A stretch of 64,000 nucleotides of DNA from Candidatus Spongiisociaceae bacterium (GTDB lineage Bacteria; Actinomycetota; Acidimicrobiia; Spongiisociales; Spongiisociaceae). The stretch spans positions 64,001-128,000 of the forward strand of contig CBDCOH010000002.1 in NCBI GenBank assembly GCA_965219685.1, given 5' to 3'. Positions within the stretch are counted from its first letter, which is position 1. Each line of letters begins with the position of its first letter. The translations under genes and the position numbers were made by a program. Positions 41,511-52,435 of the stretch are shown here, piece after piece. The notes under the pieces were generated by a model. The model saw nothing but the letters and a program-made list of their open reading frames with translations. It was not told where the DNA came from and ran no database searches.

Positions 41511-41662
41511 GGCGTAGACCATCCGAACCTTGGAAGTTAAACAACCAAGTATACTGAGAGCGTTCGGGGAACACAATCTACTATCGTGGCCCTACTTCGA
41601 TTGTTGTGGAACCGGAACTGGACGAACCCGACTACTAGACGGAAAGGCGAAAGGCATTTGCC

Positions 41663-42496
41663 ATGACCCGCCAACTCCGAATCGGACATGCCATCATAAA
41701 GTTGATTTCCCCTCCTGGAACTTTGGACTTCTACGATACACCGACCAAAGCTCTTAGTGCGTCTTGGATACCAGGAACCGACAACCTCTGGTATGGCCGT
41801 CGATGGCGGATCGGTCGCAGAACCGAAATAGATGAGGGGGTATGGGGTGGAAAGGTTGGGTTTACAAAAGAAGATGTGACCGACTATTGGGATTCAAAGA
41901 ATAATGACTTCCAAGATATACCCGTTGAGGTTGGTGCTGCGGTACCTTTTGTGATCGATATCCAACGACAGCTACTAACCTTCCAATACGCCACCAGTCG
42001 CAAAATACCTAGAGACGCAGTTACTGCTCACCTAAACGTGTTGCTCAATAAGGCCAGTGCGCACGTTTGGGAGATAAAGCCCCTCCCTTCCGAGTTAACT
42101 TACGAAGTGTGGAGGAAATCTGTTGATCGAATAACCAGATTCAAAGCCACCCTCAATCGTCCGAACCCCCGTTACCCAGGACCTTACATTAGGCAAGGGA
42201 TCGAAGACCTCGAAGCGGACGTTATGACGATAGAAGTTAAAAGTAAACGAATCAACGAACGGTCAACAATCATGAAAGAATGCACGGATCATCAAAAGGC
42301 CGGGTATGGCAGCACGGAACACACCGGCCCAAACAGAGCAACGGGAAAACCCTCCACCTACAGAAGCAATGCTGGTGATAGAACCGATATGATACAATCT
42401 AACCAAAGCGAAGCTACCTTTGATGAATTACGGGAGGTTCAGAGAGGGATAGAGATCGGAGCAGAGAACACAGATGACGACAAGGAAAAGTTATAG
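41663..42496 (+). CDS. Hypothetical protein, possibly DUF4747-like
   Basis: Low GC; PF.ID....L, RPNP, GYG pattern. Family call is tentative. Confidence 0.55.
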   Translation: MTRQLRIGHAIIKLISPPGTLDFYDTPTKALSASWIPGTDNLWYGRRWRIGRRTEIDEGVWGGKVGFTKEDVTDYWDSKNNDFQDIPVEVGAAVPFVIDIQRQLLTFQYATSRKIPRDAVTAHLNVLLNKASAHVWEIKPLPSELTYEVWRKSVDRITRFKATLNRPNPRYPGPYIRQGIEDLEADVMTIEVKSKRINERSTIMKECTDHQKAGYGSTEHTGPNRATGKPSTYRSNAGDRTDMIQSNQSEATFDELREVQRGIEIGAENTDDDKEKL

Positions 42497-43025
42497 AGAA
42501 ACGCTAGGTAGATTCCTAATAACACTCGATTCATGGGAAACCTACCTAGCAATAGTGGCTGGCCTATTCATAGGGTGTGTCTGGCCACGTCTAAACTTTA
42601 CTCCCGACTCCACCTTCCTACTAGCTATCTTAACCCTGTATTTCGGATTTACTGCGCTGATCGAAGCAACCAAACTATCCGTATTCGATAGACTATACAA
42701 CTCTGAATTGGGTGCGATGATTAGAAAAAACGACCCCAAACAGAAGGATGCCTTGGCTATGTTTTCTGCCGGTAGATACATTGCTGTTCTAGCTGCATTA
42801 TCAAGTATTGTGGCCTACGTAATCGTACACAGTGCTGATGGCTGGAAGCTTTCCGATATCACTAGGATGAGGATCGAATCTTCGGCTGTTGGTATAGCTG
42901 GTGGTCTGGTCGTCTGGATGGTTGGATTTTATCTATCCCTAAAGCGTAGGCAAGACGATTTCATTGAAGATATTTCATACGTTCGCTCGCTGGAAGAACG
43001 CAAGAAACGTGCCGAAGGTGGTTAA
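42474..43025 (+). CDS. Four-TM membrane protein
   Basis: Four hydrophobic segments; overlaps the upstream gene; low GC. Confidence 0.75.
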   Translation: MTTRKSYRETLGRFLITLDSWETYLAIVAGLFIGCVWPRLNFTPDSTFLLAILTLYFGFTALIEATKLSVFDRLYNSELGAMIRKNDPKQKDALAMFSAGRYIAVLAALSSIVAYVIVHSADGWKLSDITRMRIESSAVGIAGGLVVWMVGFYLSLKRRQDDFIEDISYVRSLEERKKRAEGG

Positions 43026-43110
43026 AAGACAGCTCCCCACACCCCGTACATTTCTCGCACCCTTCGTTGCCAATCAATAGATTGTCAAGTCAAACTAGGT
43101 ATATAATTGA

Positions 43111-44460
43111 GGCTTCGTGAAAACGTGGGGTTCCGGGCCTGTTTTCGGTGTGGTGGTTCATGTTACGAGGATTCCTCGGGCTGCGAAGTTGTTGGTGTTG
43201 GTGAATCCGTGAGCGACGCGGCGTAGGACTTGGAGGAGGTTGTTGATGCGTTCGATGGGTCCGTTGGTTGCTCGTCTGCTGTGGTGGTAGGCCAAGATCT
43301 CTTCCCCCCAGGCGATGATCGTGTCCACGACTTCGCTGTATTCGCGGTGTCTGGCCTGTGGCGTAAGGTCGGCGAACCGCCCGACGGCCTGGTTGGCGCC
43401 GTCGAGGTCTTCAGCTTCGTACAGCTGGTAGAGCCCTTGGAGAGCGTCCCAGCCCGTCCGGAGGCGGGGGTGAGCTTCGAACAGGCGATCCAGATGCTTC
43501 TGATGCCCGTCTGTGAGATGATCCGCCCGGCGGAGGAGGGTGAAGCGGGCTCCGATGCAGGTCTGGCTCGAACGTTGGGGCCGCTCGTCGGGAGGGCGGC
43601 GTTGCAGTTCACGGCGTACCATGGTCAAGCCTTCGGTGAACCACCTCGCCACGTGAGAACGGTCGAGGACATGGCGGGCGTCGGGGAGATACTGGGCGAT
43701 GGTCTGGGTGGTATGAGCGTGATCCGTCGGAGACGACGATCTCGACCTGGCGGCACCACCAAGCTCCTTGATCCCTGAAGAACCTGTGTCGGGGACGCTT
43801 TCGTGCGGCCCTCGATCATGGCTAGGACCTTGCCCGTGTCGCCACAGGCCACCACGGTCACATACCTGTGCCGACGCCGGATGGATGTCTCGTCCACCAG
43901 CAGCACCCGGCACGGTCGGGCGCGGCGACGCTTCGCTACCCGAGCTGCCTCGGCATCCACCAGGCCCATGATCCGATGCCATCCCACTCCGTGATGGCGG
44001 GACGCCGCCCGAATCGACATCCGCCGGGCGTCCTGGACCAGGCGGTGGGCCAACCGGCGGGTGAGGCCACCATCGAAGCGGGTGTGGACCTCGAGGTGCC
44101 GCTCCTCGCAGTTCGAACACACAAACCGGTGGCGGCGCCACACCAGGGTGGTACGCCGGCCGCTCACCTCCAAGTCCCGGACCCGCTTCGCTCGCCGGAA
44201 CCGACACCTTGAAACACTTGAACCCCACAATGCGGGCACCGCGACCAGGCCCGGGTCGATTCCACTTCCACCTCTAGGCGGTTGACAGAATCAACCACCA
44301 CTCCCCTCACGCGAACACCCGACAAGTGCAGACGAACCGACATAAGATCAGACATCGAGGCCTCCTGGCATCGGCGATTTGGTACTTCACCGATTCCAGC
44401 GGGGCCTCACCCCCTTTCCAAGGATTTCACCCCCCCCATCCCACGTTTTCGCGCAGGGCC
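43111..44460 (-). mobile_element. Full-length ISL3 element with frameshifted transposase
   Basis: TIRs GGCTTCGTGAAAACGTGGG (43111) and GGCCCTGCGCGAAAACGTGGG (44460, reverse complement); CPHCG zinc finger, VDETS, TNGPIE across several frames. Confidence 0.9.
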
Positions 44461-44694
44461 AACTGGTTGTCGAGACTCCCCTGCATCGGTGCCGGAGCGG
44501 CGAGGGGGCCGTCCCGTTGGTGGGTCAGCGTCTTGGAACCACAACATCAGGATTTCTCCGGCGCGTTTGTGGATTCGGTTGGACGCGGCCAGCGCGGGGT
44601 TCCGCTGGACTCTTCGCGTTGGGCAGGTGCGTGACTCTCAAGGGGATGTTCTCGGTAGGACCGACCTAGTGACGTTTCGAGATGTGGGAACGCG

Positions 44695-47600
44695 TCACGC
44701 CGGCACAAGTGGTTTCTTGCGCCCGTAGCGCTCACGGATGAAGGTCTCGACATCGGCGGACGGAACTTCTCGCGTTGAGTTGTTGCGGCGTTGGTAGAGC
44801 GTTTTGGCGCCCTCCTTGTTCTTGACCCAGATGGGCCGGGAACTGACGGGCACGTCGATCCGGCAGACGTCGTGGTTGTTGACTCGGTCGATGCGGATGT
44901 CAAGGCGGTTGGCGCCGGCGTGGCCGAGGCTGTTCTCGAAGAGGGTGTCGAGCCAGTTGACGTAGCCGTCGGCGTTCGGAGGTTTGACTTGGGCGTAGTC
45001 GTCGTCGAGGCCGACCGGTTCGCCACGATCGGTGACGCCGATCAGCAGGGTCCCGCCCCGGTCGTTGAGCAATCCGGCGACTGTCTTGACGACAACCTGT
45101 TCCATCCTCTTGTCCCTGCGCCGCTCCCGCACGTTCCACCGGGCGGTCTGTTTGTACTCGACTGTTCTGGACTCGTCGTCGACAAGGAGTTCTCGGGTGG
45201 GGCAAGCCCAAGTGGCGTTCGCTCCGAAGAGCGTCTCGATGAGTTGGGCGAACAGTTCTGGGTCGGTGCGGACTTGGGCTAGGAGGTCATCGTTGACCTC
45301 CTCAGGAGTGGTCGGCACTGTCGCCACCGCCGTACCCGTGCCGGTGTCATCATCGGGTGTGTCGTAGACGCTTCCGCCATTGTCGAAATAGCTGGCGTAG
45401 ATGTGGTCGAAGATAGCGTCGACCTTTTGGTCGAAGAGTCCGGGGCCGTAGACGTCGGGCAGTTCATCGTCGAGGACGGTGCCGACTGCGACGCGAACCG
45501 CGGAGCGAGTTTGCTGGCGGCGTTTCCAGTCGAGGACGAGTTTCTCCTCGACATGGTCCAACAGCTTCTTCGCAGCGCCCTTGACTTTCTTTGCCTCGGC
45601 CTCGGTCAGCTGCGGCTCCGGCTTGGTGAGCAGGTCGAAGACGGCCAGTTCTGCCTCGGTCGCGTCTTCTCGAACGGCGCGCTGCTCTTCGTTGGTCAAC
45701 TCGTCGTTGATGGCCCTGAGCCTACGGAGGAACTCCTCGAGGTTGTGAGTGCCGGCGTTGTAGTCCTCGATGAGGCGTCGGAACCTCTCGGCCAGGTCCA
45801 TCCGGGTCGGGTTCTTTCGCACCGCCTCAACAAGCCGTTTCTTGATGTTCTTCTCGATGGCCAGCGCGGCTGTTCGCTTGTTGGCGGCGAAGTTCAAGGA
45901 GAGTTGCTCGAAGTCGATCTGGTTGAGATCGATCAACGGATCAGTCCCACCGGTGCTGCGAATGATGTACTCCTTCGCCCCGACCGACCGATCGAGCAGT
46001 TCCGACACCGAGTCCATCACCCCGCTGATGTCGGGCGAATCGGTCGCCGATGCGATCTTCGATGCGATCGAGCGAATTACAGCCACCCGGTGGGTGACCG
46101 CCATCGCCTCAGGATCAGGTAGCAGCGCCTTGAAGGTCTTTCGGACCCTGCGGGCAAGCGACACGTACCGGCGGCGGGTCTGTTCGTCAATCAGTAGCGC
46201 TTCCACGGCGGCCTTCTGCAAGGCGACGAACTCGAACCCCTGCGCTGCCTCCATGTCGTCGAGGTCGATGTCGTTGGCATCGCACAAGTCGGCTACGTCG
46301 CCCAGCGCCGCACTCAACCCTGCGATCAGGTCGTCCTTGGGCCGGATCGGCAGGTCGCGGCCCGACGCGGTGCGGTCAGCACCGTAGATGGCGAGCGCCT
46401 TCTCCAGGTTCCGGAACACACCGACGTAGTCGACGATCAGACCGTTGTCCTTGTCCGGGAACACCCGGTTGGCCCGGGCGATGGTCTGCATCAATGTGTG
46501 GTTCCGCATCGGCTTGTCGAGATACACCGTTGACGTCGACGGGGAGTCGAACCCCGTGAGCCACATCGCACACACGAACACCAACCGGAACGGATCGTCA
46601 GGGTCCTTGAACTTGGAGTTGAGGTCCTCGGTGAGCATCCGCTTGCGATGCTTGGCGATGTCGAGACCGGCAGCGGCCATCTCTGCCACTTCGTTCTGGG
46701 CCTGCGACACCACCACGGCCATGTCGGTGCTGCGCATGAACTCGATAAGGGACTCCAGGTGCGGTCTCTCCATCTCGGGGGTGTTCACCAACCGACTTTC
46801 GAGGTCGGCCAGATAGCGGACCCACTCGGCCTCCACCAGGTCGTACATCCGCACGGCCGTAGCCTTGTCGATGGCCACATACATGGCCTTTCCCCGGAAT
46901 CCCCGATTGACGAAGTGGTGGACCAGATCCTCGGCGATTTCGGCGAGCCGCCGGGGTCGCGTGATCAGCTGGTACTGCTGGGAGAATCGGCGCGCGACTG
47001 CCTTTTCCTGGGCATCGTCCAAAGCGGCCTCTTCGAGCAGGTCTTCGAGTTCCTCGTCGAAGTCTTCGTTGGTGAGCTGCAACTCTGGGATGCGGTTCTC
47101 GTAGTAGAGCGGGACGGTGGCCCCGTCAGCGATGGAGTCCCGGAAGTTGTAGATCGACACGTAGTCGCCGAACACCTGCCGGGTTCTCTCCTCCTCCCCG
47201 GCGATCAGCGGTGTGCCGGTGAAACCCAGAAACGAGGCGTTCGGCAACGAGAGTCGCATGTTGGCGGCCAGCGTGTCGTACTGTGATCGGTGGGCCTCGT
47301 CGGTGACAACCACGATGTCATCCCGTCGGGACAGGACCGGCATCGGTTGGCCCTTCTCGGGTGGGATGAACTTGTGGATCAGCGTGAACACGTACCGGTG
47401 GTCCTGGCCCAGCAACTCCCGTAGGTGGGCTGAACTCTCGGCGTGAACCTGCTGGCCGGTGGTTATCACCCCAGAGTCGACAAATTCCTCGTAGAGCTGC
47501 TCGTCGAGTTCCTTCCGATCGGTCACCAGCACGAACGTCCAATTGCCGGGCTCCTTGCGCAGCACCTTCTGGGTGAACCACAACATCGACAGTGACTTGC

Positions 47601-48507
47601 CCGACCCCTGGGTATGCCAGAACACCCCGAGCCGACCCTCACGCTCCTTCAGTTCCCGCAGAGCCTCAAGCGCATTGTTCACGCCAAGGAACTGGTGGTT
47701 CTTGGCGAGCACCTTCACCAGACCGCCCGGCCGTTCCGTGAAGGCAACGAAGTTCTCGACCAAATCCAGCAGTCGACGCCGCTCGCAGGTGCCGCGCAAG
47801 GCGGTCTCCAGCGACACCACGCCCTGCTCGCCCTCGGAGTTGATCCTCTTCCAATCGGTGAAATGCCCCCATGGAGCGAACGTCGAGCCAACGCGTGTGT
47901 CGGCTCCGTTCGAGAGCAAAACGAACGCGTTGAACCAGAACAGGTGCGGGACGGTGTCGCGGTAGTCGCGGAGGTTGCCCTCGTACGCGTCCCGGACGTT
48001 CTTGTGTGACACTTTCAGTTCGACCAAGACCAGCGGGATGCCGTTGACGAACAACACCACATCGGCCCGCCGCTTGTACATGTCGCCAACGATCCAAAAC
48101 TGCGAAACCGCCAACCAGTCGTTCGCGTCAGCGTTGTTCCAGTCCATGAACCGCACCGTGACCGTCTGGCTCTTGCCGTCAGCTCCGATCGTTTCGATCT
48201 TCGCGCCATCGCGAAGTAGTACATCGACCTCGCGGTTTGCCCGAACCCGGTCCATCGCCGACCGATCCTCGACCAACCGCTCCACCGCCGCATCCAGTGC
48301 CGCCTCAGGACGACCAGGATTCAGAACACGAAGCGACTCTCGGAGCCGGTAAACGAGCACGGGCTCGGACCGTGAGTCGCGACCTAGCGTGCCCAGCGGC
48401 CCGAGGCTCTCCTCGAACCCCAACGCCACTTTCCAACCCAACCGTGACAACAGACGGAGTGCTGGCTGCTCAACCAGTTCGTCCTCGGTCAGACCAACTG
48501 GACTCAC
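44695..48507 (-). CDS. hsdR: Type I restriction subunit R with C-terminal Schlafen/AlbA_2 domain
   Basis: FVNGIPL..ELK, HTQGSGKS, DEAHRSQY, TGTP, QTIARANR; tail ES.TVEYK...KTVAG.LN..GGTLLIGV.D. Confidence 0.92.
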   Translation of the reverse strand: MSPVGLTEDELVEQPALRLLSRLGWKVALGFEESLGPLGTLGRDSRSEPVLVYRLRESLRVLNPGRPEAALDAAVERLVEDRSAMDRVRANREVDVLLRDGAKIETIGADGKSQTVTVRFMDWNNADANDWLAVSQFWIVGDMYKRRADVVLFVNGIPLVLVELKVSHKNVRDAYEGNLRDYRDTVPHLFWFNAFVLLSNGADTRVGSTFAPWGHFTDWKRINSEGEQGVVSLETALRGTCERRRLLDLVENFVAFTERPGGLVKVLAKNHQFLGVNNALEALRELKEREGRLGVFWHTQGSGKSLSMLWFTQKVLRKEPGNWTFVLVTDRKELDEQLYEEFVDSGVITTGQQVHAESSAHLRELLGQDHRYVFTLIHKFIPPEKGQPMPVLSRRDDIVVVTDEAHRSQYDTLAANMRLSLPNASFLGFTGTPLIAGEEERTRQVFGDYVSIYNFRDSIADGATVPLYYENRIPELQLTNEDFDEELEDLLEEAALDDAQEKAVARRFSQQYQLITRPRRLAEIAEDLVHHFVNRGFRGKAMYVAIDKATAVRMYDLVEAEWVRYLADLESRLVNTPEMERPHLESLIEFMRSTDMAVVVSQAQNEVAEMAAAGLDIAKHRKRMLTEDLNSKFKDPDDPFRLVFVCAMWLTGFDSPSTSTVYLDKPMRNHTLMQTIARANRVFPDKDNGLIVDYVGVFRNLEKALAIYGADRTASGRDLPIRPKDDLIAGLSAALGDVADLCDANDIDLDDMEAAQGFEFVALQKAAVEALLIDEQTRRRYVSLARRVRKTFKALLPDPEAMAVTHRVAVIRSIASKIASATDSPDISGVMDSVSELLDRSVGAKEYIIRSTGGTDPLIDLNQIDFEQLSLNFAANKRTAALAIEKNIKKRLVEAVRKNPTRMDLAERFRRLIEDYNAGTHNLEEFLRRLRAINDELTNEEQRAVREDATEAELAVFDLLTKPEPQLTEAEAKKVKGAAKKLLDHVEEKLVLDWKRRQQTRSAVRVAVGTVLDDELPDVYGPGLFDQKVDAIFDHIYASYFDNGGSVYDTPDDDTGTGTAVATVPTTPEEVNDDLLAQVRTDPELFAQLIETLFGANATWACPTRELLVDDESRTVEYKQTARWNVRERRRDKRMEQVVVKTVAGLLNDRGGTLLIGVTDRGEPVGLDDDYAQVKPPNADGYVNWLDTLFENSLGHAGANRLDIRIDRVNNHDVCRIDVPVSSRPIWVKNKEGAKTLYQRRNNSTREVPSADVETFIRERYGRKKPLVPA

Positions 48508-49763
48508 ACCGCCTCCACCACCAGATCTATATCAAGCTCCGATACATCCAACTCCCCCGACACAAGACGAGGCAGCAGGAGGTTCCGCGCACCCCGCAGC
48601 ACCCGATTCTGTGCTGCGAGGGTCTTTCTCAGAGAATCAATTGGCCCCACAATGTCGCTGAATGCCTGTTCAACATCATGGGTGGGGTGGGGAATGCAAT
48701 AGTTCATGAGGACTCCGGTGTTTGCCCTCGGCATCTTTGTCCCGTTGGAGGTTGCGGTTGCAACACCAACGAATTCGTCACTTGACGCAACCGCTAAGGC
48801 TCGACACCGGAAGGATTCCTCTTTGGGTCTAAAGACAATCGTATCCGTCGAAGAACACCCCGAGATAGGTGCATCGACCACCTTATGAAAGTAGGGCCGA
48901 ATTTTGCCGAAGAGAATATCCCCCTCGGAGAAGATCTTTCGTCGACTTCCAACCTGCGAGGCCTCTTCCCACTCATAGAGTGTCGTGGAACGCCTTGGCA
49001 GGTGCTGAAGTCCCACTACCGGTGTTCCTTCGGATATATTGTCCGGAGACACCGTCTGTTTGATCTCCGACACGAGATCTGAGAACTTACCTGCTTTCCA
49101 ACCATCGGGGATCGGGCCAATGTCGGAGTCGATCAACTCGCTATCTTCGTGGCCCGGGAATCGGAGGTGTACGAACCACTCCCTATACAACAACCGAGCC
49201 ATCTCCTCCAGAATCTCGATCCGGCGCCGATTGTTGTCGATCAAGCCGTCGTACATCCCCAGTTCACGTGCCATCCTCCGTTGGTCTTCAAGAGCGGGCA
49301 ATGGGATCTCCACTAGAGACAGTATCTCTTGGTTAAGTGATGCCATCGTCGCTCCGAACGAGCAGTAGTTATGCATCCAGCGTCGATGCCATTCAGTACG
49401 AAGTGTGAACGATACGAACGTTGGATCAATAACGTTCTTATCCAGTCGCAAACGGATACAGTCGGACCCTTGGATCCAGCCTGTTTCTCGTGACGTAATG
49501 AGAGCGTGACGATCTACAGCTCCCTTTCGACCGAAAACTATGTCACCCTCCTGAAGCCGGTGTCGTGCTAGGCGCTCGACATGTTCTGCTGGGAGAAACT
49601 CCAATCCATGAGTCCGGATCTCACCGTAACCAACGTTACGAACGTTGATTACGGGTGTGCCATCATGCGTATACTGATCCGCCGATAGCTGCGTCCCAAA
49701 CGGACCCGTTGTTAGCTCGGCAACCCCTCGGGATTGGAGATCCCCGATCCGAACTGTCTTCAT
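48504..49763 (-). CDS. hsdS: Type I RM specificity subunit
   Basis: Two TRDs, IPLP.LEDQ, IPDGW, RNLLLPRLVSGEL; lower GC in the TRDs. Confidence 0.92.
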   Translation of the reverse strand: MKTVRIGDLQSRGVAELTTGPFGTQLSADQYTHDGTPVINVRNVGYGEIRTHGLEFLPAEHVERLARHRLQEGDIVFGRKGAVDRHALITSRETGWIQGSDCIRLRLDKNVIDPTFVSFTLRTEWHRRWMHNYCSFGATMASLNQEILSLVEIPLPALEDQRRMARELGMYDGLIDNNRRRIEILEEMARLLYREWFVHLRFPGHEDSELIDSDIGPIPDGWKAGKFSDLVSEIKQTVSPDNISEGTPVVGLQHLPRRSTTLYEWEEASQVGSRRKIFSEGDILFGKIRPYFHKVVDAPISGCSSTDTIVFRPKEESFRCRALAVASSDEFVGVATATSNGTKMPRANTGVLMNYCIPHPTHDVEQAFSDIVGPIDSLRKTLAAQNRVLRGARNLLLPRLVSGELDVSELDIDLVVEAV

Positions 49764-51298
49764 TCGACGGACTGCATCTGGCCCCGGATCCTGTCGGACA
49801 GGAGAGAGGCTTCGTCAGTGAGTTTCGCAAATGTGCCAGCAAGTTGTGTCATCGCTACGACAAATTCGCCATGGTCGACAAGGGACCTGACTACATCTAC
49901 ATATCGGCCTGGATTGAGACTCCATCCCTGCACTTCGAGCTCTTCGATACTTGTGACAGCACACAGGCCAGGCACATCTGTATAAGTGTCGGCGGGAAAT
50001 CTCTTGCTGAGCAACTCCTCACTTCCTGCCTCGAATTCGGGCTTCTCGCCGCGCCACAACCGTACGATGTTGGCGAGGAACTCAATTTGCTGTGGTGTCC
50101 AGTCACGATGGGCTCGGTCGATCTGGTTGTAGATCTCACGAGCGTCGATAAAGAGCACTTGGTCAGCCCGGTCAGTGCGTTTCTTGCCTCGGTCGAGGAA
50201 CCACAGCGTCACGGGCAACGTGACGGTGTAAAACATGTTCGTGGTGGCAGCCAAGATCACATCAACGGTCCGGTCTTCAATGAGCTTACGGCGGATGTGC
50301 AGTTCACTTCCTCTGGCGTCGGATGCCGAGTTCGCCATGACGAATCCGGCACGGCCGCTCTTGTTGAGCGCGGAGTAGAATGTCTGGATCCAGATGTAGT
50401 TGCCGTTGTCAGCCTTCGGCAGTCCGAACGGGAACCGGGAATCGTCCTCGAGCTTGGTCCTATCAATCTTTTTGACATTGAACGGCGGGTTGGCCATGAC
50501 GAAGTCGAACTTGCCGCCTGAATCATGGAGATCCTCGTAGTAGGTGTTGCCTTCTCGAATGTCCCCGCCGAGGCCATGGACGGATAGGTTCATCTTTGCG
50601 AGCCGGACGGTGTCGCCGGTCTTCTCCTGACCGTAGATCGAGAGTTCCTGGCTAGGGTCGTGACGGTGACGTTCGACGAAGTGGGCGGACTGTACGAACA
50701 TCCCGCCCGACCCGCAAGCGGGGTCATAGATCTTTCCGCGGAATGGTTCGAGGATCTCGACAATGAGCCGGACGATCGAAGTCGGTGTGAAGAACTCGCC
50801 GCCCTGCCGACCCTCCGACAGGGCGAACTTGCCGAGGAAATACTCGTAGATCAGCCCGAACCCGTCACCTTCGATCACCTCCGGCAGTCCCCGCAGTAGC
50901 CGCAGGAGTTCTCCGAGGATGTTGTCGGGAACACGGGAGTAGTCCCCTGGCAGAACACCCTTGAGGTCGGGGTTGTGCTTCTCGATGCCGGTCATGGCAC
51001 GGTTGATGGACTTCCCGATGTCGGCGCCCTCGGGAAGGTTGAGGAGCGTCTCGAACCGCGATTCGTCCGGCAGATACAGGGCACCAATGGCCTTGTAGTC
51101 ATCGGGCCCGGTCGGACGCCGATCAGATCCCGGGCCCACTACCTCGTCGGCCTGCGCGAATCGATCGTCGGCGTACCGAAGAAAGATGAGCCCCAACACC
51201 GGCGAGGCATACTCCGATGCCTTCAGCCCCGAGTTGGCTCGTAACTGGTCCGCCGTCTCCCAGAGCGTGCTCTGTAGTTCACCGAGGTCCGTCGCCAC
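49760..51298 (-). CDS. hsdM: Type I RM methyltransferase subunit
   Basis: LW..AD.LR, GEFFTP, YDPACGSGG, NPPF; likely GTG start at 51298. Confidence 0.95.
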   Translation of the reverse strand: MATDLGELQSTLWETADQLRANSGLKASEYASPVLGLIFLRYADDRFAQADEVVGPGSDRRPTGPDDYKAIGALYLPDESRFETLLNLPEGADIGKSINRAMTGIEKHNPDLKGVLPGDYSRVPDNILGELLRLLRGLPEVIEGDGFGLIYEYFLGKFALSEGRQGGEFFTPTSIVRLIVEILEPFRGKIYDPACGSGGMFVQSAHFVERHRHDPSQELSIYGQEKTGDTVRLAKMNLSVHGLGGDIREGNTYYEDLHDSGGKFDFVMANPPFNVKKIDRTKLEDDSRFPFGLPKADNGNYIWIQTFYSALNKSGRAGFVMANSASDARGSELHIRRKLIEDRTVDVILAATTNMFYTVTLPVTLWFLDRGKKRTDRADQVLFIDAREIYNQIDRAHRDWTPQQIEFLANIVRLWRGEKPEFEAGSEELLSKRFPADTYTDVPGLCAVTSIEELEVQGWSLNPGRYVDVVRSLVDHGEFVVAMTQLAGTFAKLTDEASLLSDRIRGQMQSVE

Positions 51299-51884
51299 CC
51301 CTGCTCTTCCTGTTGCCCCTCCATTGTCTCGCAAATGTAGGTGTCGACCAAAGGCGACCGATCCACTTCTTGAACCGGCGGAAGCCGAAGCGGTTGGCTA
51401 TCTCGTTCTGTAGGTTCGTGATCGCCTGCTTACTTGTCTGGCCGGGGCCCCATCCTTTCAGGTTCATCTCTGAGGGTGTAGTGATCGGGGCGTTCTCCCA
51501 TGCCTGGCTGATGTAGGGGCCGACGTCGCGGTTGATGATGGCTCGGGTTGTGGCGTAGGTGTTTGCGAGGTCAGGATGCTCGGTGACGATCCATGCTTGA
51601 TGGTAGGCAAGGCGTTCTTGGAGGTCGTGGCCGCGGTTAGCGAGAGCGGTGAGGGTGGATGGGTTGTTGTCGGCGCGACGGCGGACGCGGTAGGGGAACT
51701 CGGTCCATGCGACGAGGGTTTGGACTGCTTCCGCGTAGCGTTCGCGGCGACGGTTGGTGGCTTCGTTTAGGCGGGCGTAGGCCATGGTTGCAATCGAGCC
51801 GATGATGGCACCGACAGGTGCCGCGAGGATCGCCCATAGCTGGCTGTCGGTTGAAGAAGCTGCGATGGTGGTCACGGTGAACAT
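51279..51884 (-). CDS. Single-TM helical protein (candidate CD-NTase-system effector)
   Basis: N-terminal TM (LWAILAAPVGAIIGSIATMAY) then a charged helical domain; TGATG coupled to the E2-like gene. Confidence 0.7.
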   Translation of the reverse strand: MFTVTTIAASSTDSQLWAILAAPVGAIIGSIATMAYARLNEATNRRRERYAEAVQTLVAWTEFPYRVRRRADNNPSTLTALANRGHDLQERLAYHQAWIVTEHPDLANTYATTRAIINRDVGPYISQAWENAPITTPSEMNLKGWGPGQTSKQAITNLQNEIANRFGFRRFKKWIGRLWSTPTFARQWRGNRKSRGGDGPR

Positions 51885-52435
51885 CAGGCTACCCGGAGGC
51901 TAGGGGTTCGGATGGGATGCGGTCGACCGTCGGGCCGGTGCCCGTGGGGGGCGTCCTCGACCGGCCAGGAGCCGTGACGGCGCCAGTATTCTTCACACCA
52001 CAGGTGACGTTGCACTATGCGTAGGTAGGCATCTATCCCGTCGGACCAGTGCCATCGTAGGTAGCCGGGATCTCGAGGGTATTCGACGCACAGTGACCCG
52101 AGGAGTTCCTCCCACGGTATCGGTGTTGACTGTGACCATTCCAGAACTTGCCTGATGGAGAGGCGCGGGTAGCGGTGCAGCCAGGTACGTTCATCGCTCC
52201 TCGCGGGGATAGCGTGTAAGTCGCCGTTGGATCGCACGGCGATACGGACGCGCTCGGCGGGGTAGCCGGGCAGTCCCCGGGGCGGGGGAGGCTCGAACTG
52301 CACGTCGAAGATGGTCAATCGCTTGTTGTGTCTCACGAGTCTGATGTCCATACCGTCGACAACGTCTGACTGGTTGAGCCACCGGATACAGGCTTGAGGG
52401 TTCCTCCGGACGTGGTTCAGCCCGCCTGGTTTCAT
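51884..52435 (-). CDS. Prokaryotic E2 (UBC-like) protein
   Basis: HRY...GSLC.EYP.D...W...E.W...G.WP..DAPH pattern with a putative catalytic Cys; ATGA coupled to the CD-NTase. Confidence 0.7.
   Translation of the reverse strand: MKPGGLNHVRRNPQACIRWLNQSDVVDGMDIRLVRHNKRLTIFDVQFEPPPPRGLPGYPAERVRIAVRSNGDLHAIPARSDERTWLHRYPRLSIRQVLEWSQSTPIPWEELLGSLCVEYPRDPGYLRWHWSDGIDAYLRIVQRHLWCEEYWRRHGSWPVEDAPHGHRPDGRPHPIRTPSLRVA

Noticed and set aside
43082-43107. Sigma70 promoter TTGTCA...TATAAT
   Set aside because: The spacer is only 14 bp and it points into an IS end, so it cannot be supported.
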